A DNA stretch of 64,000 nucleotides from Patellaria atrata CBS 101060 (lineage: Eukaryota), in the NCBI GenBank assembly GCA_010093705.1, contig MU006112.1:62001-126000 (forward strand), in the 5' to 3' direction. How positions within the stretch are numbered: the first letter of the stretch is position 1; every line of letters begins with the position of its first letter. A model generated the notes under the pieces. It saw only the letters and a program-made list of their open reading frames with translations. It was not told where the DNA came from and did not search any database. Below, piece by piece: positions 23,906 through 36,400 of the stretch. The position numbers were made by a program, and so were the translations under genes.

Positions 23906-25846
23906 ATGCCCCCCGTTCGCCCTCAAGTATCTATTACCCTTCCTCGTAACTTTGTCTATCACTATACCGATGGACAACCACCGAAGACCCCAGAACCAGA
24001 GGAACCTCGTCAACTTCTTGAGCCACCTCAACCGCCAAGGCAGACATATCGAATTCGACGCCGCAAGCAACCATTTACTACGACGTTTACGCAATCTCTA
24101 GAACAAAAGTTCGAAAATCAAGATGTTCCACTTCCCACAATCGAAACTACGGAGTCTGCACCCATGGGTCATGATAAAAATCCACCTACATCTGGAGCAC
24201 CTCTAGAAGGTTACTTGGCACCCAACGGACCTTCCGGCCGTTTGATGTCGCCACCGAAAACTCCTCTAAACCAGATGATGGTCAACAGTGATCTCGGCCA
24301 CCGTCTTGGAAGCACATGGGAAGATCTTAGATATGAAAATTTTCATGACGAAAATACCCGGCCTTCATCGAGTTGTTCAGGAATCTCCGATTCATCCATA
24401 TCCTCATGTGGAAGTTTTGATTCATTTCCTTCTTTTGGCGGTAGCTGCACTAGCCCGGAAAGCGAGGAGGTAGACCCCTTCACCTTTCCTTCTTGTTCCG
24501 ACAAGATGATTTCGTCCCCCTTGCAGGGGTACGAGCAACGGTTAAGCAAACGCTTGCGTGTCCAGAAACCAGAAGTCTGGACAGAAGATTTGGACAATCA
24601 CCTCTGGCTTACTTATATGGTTTATCTACAAGATGCAACAGTAACACCTTTCAAAATGCTCCCAGGCACCGCTCCCCCTCTAGGTGTCTGCCGTCGTGTA
24701 GCTCGTGAAGCCAAGAGGACCTGGAAAGGTGGTAGAGCATCAGCTACTGTTCTGGGCCGTAAAGCCCCGCGCTCACAATTGTCCTCTCGGGCTGAATCTC
24801 CGGATACGATCAAGGCGGCAAAGAGTGGTAGTACCACGCCAACTGGTCCTAATACCTCGAAGGTGTACGGTCAATGGCCTCGTTCTAGCTCTGCTACTAG
24901 GAAGAGGCTCAGAGAATTGTGCAAACAGAAGCCATCATTGTCAGCACATTACCAACGCTTGCTCCATACTCGAAGTCCATCACCATTTCAATCTTCTCCA
25001 CGTGCAAGACTTAAGTCTCGCCGCATTCGATTCACGTCCCCTCTAGCTACATCAGACGCATTGTCTTCGTTCTCCACCCGGGATATGAATATCTCATTGG
25101 CAGCCAGTACCTCTTCAACCATGCAGGCTGGCAACCCCCTTAGTCGACTCGTAACCGAGGATCAGACACCCTTTACTGATGAATGGTTTGGACAACCCGT
25201 TACTGGTCGGATCAGCACGCACCAGAAGAGCCAGTCCCTTCATCTAGGCTTAGGACTGGCCAACTCCAATACTCTTGGCTCACCTTTTACTCAGAATTTT
25301 CACCTACCTAGTATTAGTATGAACAGTGAGCAATCGGCCCAGTCCGTTCCACAAACAGGTACTGCACCGCCGGCTCTCCAGTCCCCAATAGAGCTACATG
25401 CTCCTCGACCTCTTCCGCGTTCTTTTAAACGTAGGGCCCAACATCACTTGGAAGATCGTAGGTCTCAAGTTCGGCCTACAGGCGGTTCTGAGTTCCTTCA
25501 GGAACTATTCGGTGCTCCGGCCGACACAAGCCACCGGCGAGTCCGTAGTCGCGGGTTTAGTCTAGGCGATATGGGTGAAGGAGCACGAAGGCTATCCGCG
25601 CTGATTACGACGCAATCCGCCCATGAACAATTGAACCAGCTTCCACAACCAGATCCTACTCAAGCGCTATCTGGACTTATGCCACCGCCAATTGACCCCG
25701 TCAACAGGCTGGGTTCACCATTTGGTGGAGCAAGTTCAAATGTTCATTTCAGCAACACGTTTCCCCGAAATATCTCATCGCCCTTTGAACCAGCTACATC
25801 TTTTGAGGAACGCCTTGGACAGATCGCGAGGGGCAATATGTCCTAA
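23906..25846 (+). CDS. Ser/Pro-rich hypothetical protein with a conserved-looking core (WTEDLDNHLW..Y..YLQD..VTPF..PG..PPLGVC.RVAREAKRTW)
   Basis: 647-codon intronless ORF from ATG 23906. Low-complexity flanks around an ordered helical block. Confidence 0.8.
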   Translation: MPPVRPQVSITLPRNFVYHYTDGQPPKTPEPEEPRQLLEPPQPPRQTYRIRRRKQPFTTTFTQSLEQKFENQDVPLPTIETTESAPMGHDKNPPTSGAPLEGYLAPNGPSGRLMSPPKTPLNQMMVNSDLGHRLGSTWEDLRYENFHDENTRPSSSCSGISDSSISSCGSFDSFPSFGGSCTSPESEEVDPFTFPSCSDKMISSPLQGYEQRLSKRLRVQKPEVWTEDLDNHLWLTYMVYLQDATVTPFKMLPGTAPPLGVCRRVAREAKRTWKGGRASATVLGRKAPRSQLSSRAESPDTIKAAKSGSTTPTGPNTSKVYGQWPRSSSATRKRLRELCKQKPSLSAHYQRLLHTRSPSPFQSSPRARLKSRRIRFTSPLATSDALSSFSTRDMNISLAASTSSTMQAGNPLSRLVTEDQTPFTDEWFGQPVTGRISTHQKSQSLHLGLGLANSNTLGSPFTQNFHLPSISMNSEQSAQSVPQTGTAPPALQSPIELHAPRPLPRSFKRRAQHHLEDRRSQVRPTGGSEFLQELFGAPADTSHRRVRSRGFSLGDMGEGARRLSALITTQSAHEQLNQLPQPDPTQALSGLMPPPIDPVNRLGSPFGGASSNVHFSNTFPRNISSPFEPATSFEERLGQIARGNMS

Positions 25847-26710
25847 TTCGGACTGAAAGTGTGCAAAACAGGCTCTCTAAAACATATGACCGGCGTTGGG
25901 ATCGTGAAAAAAGAAAAGTTAGCATGCAAACGAGCGAGCATTTACTGCAATTCATGTTGATGGCATCCTCCACAGCGTTTCCTATAAACGTTCCACTGTT
26001 TTCAGCTGTCAATCGAATGCGTCACGACCATAAAGAAACTCAACGATAACGACTGCAATGATCCTGTGCAATTGTTTTTCTTTTCATCTAATCTCTCATT
26101 TGTTCCTTTCTCATCTAAAAATTGTGCTCCTCCAGGATTGTGGTTATAACGGTGAAAGATAATTGGACCATATTAGATTACACTATTCTGATAGGTCGTC
26201 GACTATTGTTGTTCTGGGAGGAGCCATCACACTCACATACTGCGTGCTTTTTCTTTTCATATACTTCTCTCTTCTCACTTCTCCCCAGCCTCTTTTTTGT
26301 TCTTTTCTTCATGACAAGTTATGATTAGATATACTCTTGGATATGCCCATGGACTGAATGACTTCAAGCTAATAGGAGACCATTTTGTGCATAGGTTTTG
26401 ATGCTGATAGCTATTCGGCCTGCCTAGCGGCTTTGTATTTAGTATAAATCAATTGAGTCTGGCGAAGCCAGCATTGATCTTTTTGCAATTTTCCGAAGAA
26501 ACCAATCCTAGTACGACTTCCAGTGATCATAGAACATCCCTTTCCGCTGCTCAGATGCATACTTGGAGCTGGCCCTGGCCCAAGCCGCAATTTGTCAGAG
26601 AAAAGTGAGTTTTCCGACCTTTATCACGAGTTTCCCGAGAGAAAATCGTTACTGTACTCCGTATAGGTTTTCAAATCGATGTTTGAAGTGACGAGGCTTT
26701 TTTTTTTTTT

Positions 26711-26810
26711 NNNNNNNNNNNNNNNNNNNNNNNNNNNNNNNNNNNNNNNNNNNNNNNNNNNNNNNNNNNNNNNNNNNNNNNNNNNNNNNNNNNNNNNNNN
26801 NNNNNNNNNN
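26711..26810. other. Assembly gap (100 N) preceded by a T homopolymer
   Basis: Run of N in the sequence. Confidence 1.
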
Positions 26811-27342
26811 CTTCAAAACGGTCTTCGTAGGAATTGAGGTTTGGGTGGTTCTTATCTATTTTCTCGGTGCCAGTAGACGAATCAAGCGAGGTATAGCTCG
26901 ATTGATGATCAATTGGTACAGCATGGGTCGAATGAGAATCTTGGTGCTCCTCTTTCACTTCGTATGCTGCCGTCGATTTGTACTTTTTTTTTTTTAATTC
27001 CATTGTATTGCATTACCGACAATACTGCGCATGCAGCCTTTAAGCTATGGCGCAACTTCCTATATACATAAATCCCTTTTCAGGGCCCTCATATGCTTAG
27101 TGAAGTCTCTAGTGGCTTAGTCCACTGATATTATTTACAAAGGAAAGCTAAGACCTCTAAAATTCATATGAAGGAAATTGTAGAAGCATCTATTCTTTCT
27201 CATTGCCATCGGTTCTTGGTTTCCAGTTCTATGCCATACATCTAGTTATCTTTTGTAGAAAAGTGACGAGCTAATAAGGTACGAATGATGTGTTAATGGT
27301 CCGTGCACGATCTGTTTACCTCCACTGGTCGCTACCCTTTGA

Positions 27343-27354
27343 TGATAAACAAAC
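27343..27354 (+). promoter_or_regulatory. Forkhead-like site upstream of BUB1
   Basis: ATAAACAAACA about 150 nt upstream of the BUB1 ATG matches RYAAAYA. Short motif, may be chance. Confidence 0.25.
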
Positions 27355-27501
27355 ATCCCACTACTAACCACACAGCAATTCTTCTTCAGAACCAACATCG
27401 TCCCCACCAGCGAACCGAAAAATAGGTAAGGAATAATCTTCCTGTTCTCGGGCTAGGCATTCATTCATCTATACCTTACGTTCCAATTACCTTCCGGCGC
27501 A

Positions 27502-30500
27502 ATGGCCGGCTCTGAGGACCTCATCGACTTCTCGATTATAGAGAACCAAAAGGAAAACATTCAATCCTTACCGTCCGGACGGAGCGCCAAAGCACTTGCA
27601 GCGATTTACTCTCCGTTATCCCTTGGGACCAAATCGCCTACGCCGTCAAACACACAAAACCTCAATGATGCGATACGCGCGGAGTATGAAAGGGAACTTC
27701 TCGCAATCGCGGATTCTGACGATCCGCTCGATATTTACGACCGATATGTGAAGTGGACATTGGATGCATACCCTTCTGCACAGGCAACTCCCCAAAGCCA
27801 ACTTCTTCCACTGCTGGAGCGAGCGACGAAGGCGTTCCTGAATAGCTCAGATCACAAAAACGATCCTCGGTACTTGAAACTTTGGTTGCACTATATTCGA
27901 CTTTTCTCTGATACGCCAAGAGAGACGTTCGCATTTCTGTCGCGCCATAATGTAGGAGAGCATCTTGCGCTATTCTATGAAGAATTTGCTGCTTGGTTGG
28001 AAGGCGCAGGACGGTGGAAGCAAGCCGAGGAAGTCTATGCTATGGGAATCGAGCGGGAAGCTAGGCCTAAAGAACGGTTAATAAGGAAATACGGCGAGTT
28101 TCAACATAGGATGGAGAGCAGACCTGCAGAAGAGATAGATGGCCCATCAAGCCCAGCGCTACCAACTGTGCGGCCAGCGTTAGCTGCTAAGGTTGATCCG
28201 TTCTCTTCGGCAACACCAGCGCGTATAGACCCTCAAGCAGCAAGCCGATCTACTGCATCATCGACGTCAAAACCGGGACGGCAGAAGTTCACCATCTTTT
28301 CTGATACCGACAATTCATCCGCGAACCTGAGCTCAAGAGACGGCCCTAGAGGATGGGACAGTATTGGAACTATTTCGGAGCGCAAGAAGGAGAATACGGT
28401 AGAGGCACGACCATGGGCAGGTGAGACTTTGAAAGCAGGGAAGAAAAACACAGGTGTTCCCAAGATGATGATCTTCAAGGACATGGTATGTTATCCGCTC
28501 TTACATCCCTCCTACCAATCTTTATATTTACGATAACAGGACTAATGTTTGGCCGGTTTTTGGCGTTTTCTGTATTTCAGTCCGAGCTAGAGCAACATGA
28601 TGATGAATCTACACGTTTGCGAAGTGCACAACAAGTCGTGAACCCTAGAACTGGTAGAACAGAACGTGTGTTTGTGAACTTAGAGATGGTGTATCCAGAT
28701 GAGAAAGGCGCTGCTGCTGCTGAATTTTCTTTTGAAGAGCTTAGAGCACGACATAGGGGCTGGTTAGATACGAACTGGAAAGCTTTTAGAACGGAAGCAG
28801 CTCAAAAGAGAGACTTAGAGATAGAAGCTGAAAGAAAGAAAGCGTTGGAGGTAAAATCTGTAAAACAGACAGAAGTGACCGTCGTATTATCCCAAGCACT
28901 GGATGAGAATCTCGTTATGAATGATGAGAATACACCACCAAACCAGGACGACGTAGAGAGAGCCAAACTGGCAAGAAGACAACGAAGAGAAGAAAAAGCA
29001 AATCGTACAAGAAAGATCAAAGTCATGGAAGTTAGAGAAATCAAGGGTGAAACCCAGACAAGTAAGTCAGTCACTGTTTAGCATAACATTTAACTCACCG
29101 TTTGTAGTTCAAACAAATCTTGCATCACCCACAGGACCTAAACTTAGGAAAAAGAAGAGTGCTGAGCCCACAATGACTTTCCATACACGTGAAGCGATGG
29201 ATGAAATTTACGGTATCTTTAACCAACCATTACAATCTGCTCAACCTCAGACAGAGGATGAGGAGAGCGAAGATAGTGACGATGATGATGACTATACAAG
29301 TGGTGGGGAAAGTACCGGAACAGGCAGAATATCAGGTGCAGTTAGTGAATATGGTGATGAGACTACGGCAGGTGACTTCACCGAGGTCAAAAGTGTTACC
29401 GGTTTCGGGGATGAGGCAACAGTGGGTGACTTCACAGAGGTCACAGAAGTTAAAAGCAACATGGGCGATGAAGAAGACACCGACGTCAGGAGTGTAAGCG
29501 AGTGGTCTGAGTTCACAGCAAGTAAACACGTGCCAAAAGGAGATATGGAAGTAGACGAAGTGAGCAAAACCAACGCGTCATCATGGGAGGTATATACAGA
29601 CGAGCAACAGCAAGAGGAACAGCAATCAGCGGATGAGCTTATCACTCCCACAACTGAGGAACAAGAAATACCACCACGATTTGTACCACTGCCACCAGAA
29701 GGTTGCGAAAACGCTCCAACTAGACCATTCCGAGATCGTTCTCAGACGGCGCAGCACAGACTACCGTTTATGACACCAATCGTGGAAAAGACAGAATCAT
29801 CACTAGGTACTGTCCCAAAAGCTGCAGAGAAAGATTACTTCTCGAAAACCCCTTCCCGTAGGACAGGTGCGAAGACCCCCTTGATACCTGAGTTTGAAGG
29901 AGAACCCTTGAGCAGCCCCTTCCAAGATATTCTTAACCAAACAATTGATCATCCTGAAAAAGTACCCCAACCTGTGCTAACGAAAACAATCAAAGGCAAG
30001 ATGCCATTAAGAGAGTCAATAGCACATCCCACCGTGTCCGTGCAACTTCACGCAAAGGATGGAGTGAAGAAAGGCCCCATTATCCAGGATGCTCAGTGCA
30101 ACCCCGTCGATGAGCCAATCCGGAAGCTTATCTTGAGCCAGATCCAGCCACCACTTAACTCATACGATGGATATTTCGACCGCACCAGTGAGAAATTTGG
30201 AAGAGGTGCGGATATCAGGAAATTCGCGAAAGCAGTTTCCAAGATGTCTAGAAACGCAAACGACAAGACTGCTACAAACCTTGCCTTGCCTCCAGTTATT
30301 CAATTGGGGGGCTCAGATAGAACTTACACTGTCAGGAGAGAGCTCGGCAAGGGCGCTTTTGCTCCAGTATATCTGGTTGAGAGCAATGAGATGGACAACG
30401 ACGAAGATGAAAACCTACTTCCGCGGATGGGTAAAGGAGATTTTGGTCTGAAGCGTGGTTCTTACGAGGCTATCAAAATGGAAGATCCACCATCAGCTTG

Positions 30501-31365
30501 GGAGTTCTACATCATGCGGCAAGTGAAACGACGATTGGGAGTTTCACGGTCAGCGGACTCAGTAATACACGCGTACGAAATGCATCTATTCCAAGACGAA
30601 GCTTTCTTGATAGAAGAGTACCGCGATCAGGGCACACTCCTGAATCTCATCAACATTGCACGGGCTGATATAAGCGGAGGAGGCGTAACAGACGAGCAAC
30701 TGGTCATGTTCTTCACGATCGAACTTCTCCGAACTGTTGAAGCACTGCATTCCAAGGGTCTCATCCACGGCGACCTCAAAGCGGACAATGTACTCGTACG
30801 CCTGGATAACTCGGTATCTGACCATGAGTGGTCCAGCCAATACAACCGCGATGGAACTCACGGCTGGGATTCAAAGGGCATCTCGCTCATCGATTTCGGG
30901 CGGGGCATTGACATGAAAGTCTTCAAACCCGACGTCCAATTTATCGCCGACTGGAAGACTACTGAGGCCGATTGTGCGGAGATGAGAGATATGCGACCCT
31001 GGACGTACCAGGTAGATTATCATGGTCTCGCTAGCATCGTGCACGCCTTACTTTTCGGTAAGTATATAGAAACGGTGCCCGCCCGAGGTGGCATCTTGGG
31101 TGCCGGTGCTACTAAGACTTATAAGATCCGTGAGAGCCTGAAGAGGTACTGGCAGACGGAGATCTGGAATGAGGTGTTCGATCTTTTACTTAATCCATTG
31201 ATGCACCTGGAAGGCGAAGAGGGGAGGAAGTTGCCAGTGTTGAAGGGGATGAAGATGTGTAGGGAGAGAATGGAGGAGTGGTTGGAAAACAATTGCGAGC
31301 GCGGTATTGGGTTGAAGGCTTTGGTTAGGAAGATGGAAAATGCTGTCAGAGACAAGCGGAGGTAA
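27502..31365 (+). CDS. BUB1: Spindle checkpoint kinase Bub1 (Mad3/Bub1 type)
   Basis: Exons 27502-28485, 28581-29061, 29108-31365. Two KEN boxes, TPR/Mad3-Bub1 domain (DDPLD..RY..W, NDPRYLKLW), GLEBS FSFEELRA, CDI PTMTFHT.EAM, kinase HGDLKADN/DFGR. Confidence 0.96.
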
Positions 31366-31787
31366 TGGGAGGTATTTTGAAATATTTGTCGTATTGGGAT
31401 TGGGATTGGATAGGATATTGGGCACATGAGCATTGCATTGCACGGCGTCTATATATGGGATGATACCGATTTATTCTATTTCTTTAATTTCAGAGCCATA
31501 ATACCTCCCATCAAACTTTATTTACAGTACTTTAACATGGCTTTCCGTGAAAGTAAATCACTATACCTTACCTACGTAGCTGAGGTGATATCAGAGGTGG
31601 CTCAAGCTTCAAGTTTACCGAAGGTGATTCATTGCACATTTGATGGTGATGGTAACCTAGAATCCATCTTCATAACAATCAGCCTCTTACTTTTCTTAAA
31701 CCCGCCTGCTCCGGAAAATTCTTCTTATAGCCACTAATCTCTGTTTCCTCCTTTCTTTGAGCACGAATTCCTCACACACCGCGCATC

Positions 31788-33414
31788 ATGGCCGACCTCG
31801 TGCCTATGATGCTGTCGTTCCCGCCAGAGACGGTCGTTGCCCCGAGCGAGTATGACAGACAAATCCGCGCTCTGATCAGCAATTTAAGCAATATCCCGGG
31901 GAGCACGTTCGCGAAGGGAGCTGGAGCAGAGAGGGATCTTCTCGATGTAAGCAAACAAATACCCCAAATTTTAAACTTTCCTCTGATCTACCCTCTACCA
32001 GGTATTGAACCCCGCGGTCAACTCGATACCATATCTCTATGTCCTCCTCGCGCAGATCCACTCTCATGGAGATCGCCCGAAACATTTGAAGCATGTGGCC
32101 GACGCGGTCAAGCCCGATTCTCTGTTGTGGGCGCGAATTGCACATTTCTTAGAGGTGTTCGATCCGATTCAGATTCGATATGTGGGGCAAGAATACCGGA
32201 GACTGCTAGACTTCGTGGCACTAGTTGCTTCGTTATGCAACTCGGTGAGTGGTGACTTAATTTGCCTGGGAATTCCTCCGCTAACTGTTGGGAAGTACTT
32301 AGCAGGTGTCATCCCCATCCGGAGCGCCATGATGCGCTTGGATCCCATGACCGGCACGTTCACCTCGAATCACATCACGTTCCTCCGTCTATGTATGCAG
32401 GGCCGATTATACAGTGAAACACTACCGATCCTAGACAACGAAATTCACAGCTTTCCTGCCGCCCCGATCCCGAATATCGACGGCCAGTTCCCCTGTAACG
32501 ATTACCTGCTAAGCAACGGCTACATCACGACAAGATCTAACATTTCCGAGAAACTGACATCGTTAGACGTTCAGGAGTATTATGTGTTGGGCGCGAACGC
32601 ATATCTAGGTCTTAGGAACTACAAACGGGCGATACAGTTTCTAGAACACGTCCTAGTCTACCCCACACAAAACGTAGCTACAGGTTTGATGGTTGAGGCA
32701 TACAGGAAGTGGCTCGTACTCTGCTGCCTAGTCGAAGGTCGCAGCCTCCCAATCCCCAGAACGGCGAACGGCGCCGCGGTCAAGTCGATGCGCGCCGTGT
32801 CAAAGGCATACGAGGGCCTGGTCGAGGCCTTCGCGAGCGGAAGCATGCCGCGTCTCCTGTCGGAAATGTCGGCAGGAGAGCAGCTGTGGAGAGATGTAAG
32901 TCTCTACCCCGCACATATGAGACCGGATCTGAAAGCAAGTGCTAACGTGATCGAAAAGGACGGCAACGCAGGCCTCGTCCAGCAACTCATCCCCTCCCTG
33001 ACCCTTTTCACCCTCCGCAACCTCAGCAAGACTTACGCGGCCCTTCCCTTCACCAAGCTCGCGCCCATGCTTAATCAATCCCCCGTGCAGGCGGAGTCGT
33101 ACATCCAGACTCTCATCGACGCGGGTCAGCTCGCCGCCTCTATCTCTTCCCCGTCACCGGATCCTCCTGCCGTGTTGCGCTTTCATGGCGATACCGAGAC
33201 TAGGAGTGAGGAAGAGCTGTACGAGGAACTGGCAAAACAGACGGAAAGGACGAATAGGGTCGCTGAGTGGGTCAGGCAGGCGGATCTGAGGTTGAGCCTC
33301 TCGAAGGAGTATGTGGAGTTTATGCGGAGGAAGAAGAGGGAGGGCAAGGAGGGCAGTGAGCCGATGGATACGACGTGGCCGGATCAGGATGAGGATATGA
33401 TGGCGGATTTGTAG
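31788..33414 (+). CDS. CSN3: COP9 signalosome subunit 3 (PCI family)
   Basis: Exons 31788-31946, 32002-32244, 32296-32895, 32959-33414. FDPIQIRY.G, MVEAYRKW.L..L..G, W..DGN.GLV, L..TY..L and I..G.L.A.I motifs, acidic tail. Confidence 0.88.
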
Positions 33415-36400
33415 GGGGTTGAAGGGAGATTGGGGAGGCTGGAGGAGTGGAAGGTGGTGATTGTAGTGGAATTGCTCGAGCTATGGGTTCACAGTGCCAG
33501 CGATTAGATTACATGATCAGGAAGGAAAGGCATTTAGCATAGCGTGGCGTAGAGTCTTGCGCATGAGAAACGACGGGATGGAATGGAATGGCGAATGGGA
33601 TGGCGAATGGGATATGGATACAGATGAACTGCTCCAAAATTCTATCCTCATACCTCGACGTGAGGCAGATATGTAAAGAAATATGAGGAGTTGACAGGAC
33701 GGTGAAGATGATAGGCTCAACCTGGCCAGAGAACATGTTACGTGAACTACCCTAAATACCATTCGGACGATGACCTCTTGCCCTTTCCTCTACGACCCGG
33801 CGTGTCACGTAGCACGAGTGTCGCACGAAGCAGAGATACGTGTCCCCTTCATAGGACTGATACCCGAGATGGCGGTCGAGTAGTTCCGTGTGCTCGTTCG
33901 GCGCGTGTGAGATGACCTTGGAGCATATTCGGCGTGAAGCCGATTCATTTCCGGGGCCCGTGCGAGAGAGCAATATGGACCAGCTCGACCCGGTGTGAAG
34001 GGAGTGAAGTCGAAGATCTGCGTGAGAGAGGGGGTTGGATTAAGGTAGAAGATAGCATTAGCTTAGATAAATGCTGGACGGGGTGATTGGTGGAGTTTTG
34101 GTCCATGGGGTACGATTGGTGAACGGGCATAAAATGTCAAGCTGCGAGAGCCGCATTTATCCAGATGGTGGGAATGGTGGGATATATTTCTGGGCACGGT
34201 TGTACGGTAGAGTTAGGGAGCGGTATGGTGGTTTTGGTGCGGTGGAAGGTTGGGTCGGTTGCGAGTAGGGGGATGTTTGAGTGCGTAGATTGAAGACTAA
34301 GAATCAAAGGTACCTTCTCGAGAGTAAGTATAGATGCATAAATGATATCGTCTTCGGGAGACACTAATGTATGGACGGTACACTAATGTTGAAAGTGGGT
34401 GAGTAGATTGAGAGCAATCTTGGAAAGATGGGGTAGATGTGAGAATGAATTTTTTTTTTCTGAGGACATTGCTACGGAAGGAAGCAGTTTATCGCGGTGA
34501 AGGAAAAATGAGGAATGTTTCCACCTGAGGTAAGAGTAAGGTACAGGGAGGGGTATTGTATATATCTCGGTGCCATGCAGACGCGAATGTTTGGGGCAGA
34601 CGAGCTTTATATTTTGAAATTGAACGAATGGCCCATCAGATGTTGTGGCATTTTGTTGAGTGTGAATATTATCACTAAAGAGGGGAATCTAGAAACAAAT
34701 AGAGACTAGTTTTGGTACGAACTCGTTGTAACAATCTCGTCAAGCCGGCTGTACCTGTACATTACAGAAGGGATTCATCCAATGATAAAATCGATATTGA
34801 CGTTTGAGAACATTTTCCGAAACTGTCGGAACATTTGGTGAGGGGATTTGACAGTGCAAAGCGCCTTTTAGTCCTCATTAAGTAAACACATATTGGAATT
34901 ATAATAAGGGCTGAGGAATAGAGTACTCTTGACGTCCTGCAAGGCTGAATATTGTGGGCAGGGGAACTGGATATTATGAGAACTGTCCAATGACAGAGAG
35001 AGAAATTGACGAAATTTTGAGATTTTTGACTTGAGTAGCGAGGGGAATATGACGGTGCATAGAATCGTATACGTATAGTACATATGCATATATATAGAAA
35101 ACACCATGTAGTTCTACTGTACTTATGGAGTATCCTTGAAACCAACGTATGCAAGTAATGTCGGGCATCTACTCCACAATAGATTTCTATTTTTCCACGT
35201 AATCGGGAACTGGAGTCGAGAAATTTGCGAGCAGCGGCGAATAAGGTTGGGATTTTTTAGAGTTTGAGGAAATGTCATGTTGAGAGGGATTTTGGTGATG
35301 GGATTGGATTGATTAAATTGTTCGTGCAGCTGAAGTATGCAACTGCAAAATTGGGGAGGTACCAATATGGCATCTTCCATGACAACATGGTACTGACAGA
35401 GAACATTTTCGGGATATCAGCCATCTCCTAAGGTTTGAGTAAAATGGTGAAGAGTTATGATATGTGAGAGGGGACAGAAGGCCAGACGCCATCATGCAGA
35501 TTGTAGTTGTAAGAGAAGTGTCCGATTCATCAGATTAGGGATACTGAGGTGTAGATACAGTTGAAGCACGAGCACCTGAAGTTGTGGATTTCCAGTTGGA
35601 GTGCACGGGAGAAGGTTGGTGGTTTCTGCGCTGCTGGTTGAACCGTTCGTAATTCGGGAGCCCGCGTTCTGGAAAAGTTAGAAAAAGAATAATAGGAACT
35701 ACTGTACGCAGCTGCATGGGAACGATCAGAGCTGAAATCGATAGGTTTCCACGCCGTCGCCGCGCTCTAGTTCTAACCGACGCGTTTAAACAATTATTAG
35801 AAATTATCGATTTTCCGCTGGAAAGAGCATGGACGCACTCGAGACGCGAAGAGCGTCATGGACGTGACGACTGGTGATAGAGTGATGTGATAGTCGGAGG
35901 CTTACAGCATGTTGAGCATGAAGATGATAGGGTTGTACCTCCGTACTCATATCGGGACACGGTACTGTACAGAGTGCCATTACAGTACTGTACTATCTTA
36001 ATCCCGTCGCGTGTCTGTCTCGCAGATCTTTGATTCAAGATACTGCAAGAAAGCCTATATCAGGGGCTCGACAAGGACAGAGTTCCTGATTAGTCATGTC
36101 GGATGGAAACCTTGAAAATGGCCTGTTTGAGGCGAGTACTGGATTAACTTGCTTGGTACCTGATTTTGAGTCGTGTACGGAGTACCTATCACCGTGAGGC
36201 GTGGGTGTCACTGCAAACGCGGGAACGGTTAATGGACGTGGCAATTTGAGCGGTGAGAAAAGAGAACGGAAGTTGAAGAACAGGGGCAAGAAATAAAGAT
36301 TGGACGGATATAATTGATAATAGTAAATATGGTACTCGTACTTGGGATGCTGCATGTACTACTGTACCATTGTAGATCGTTTTGACTACGGTATCTTGGT

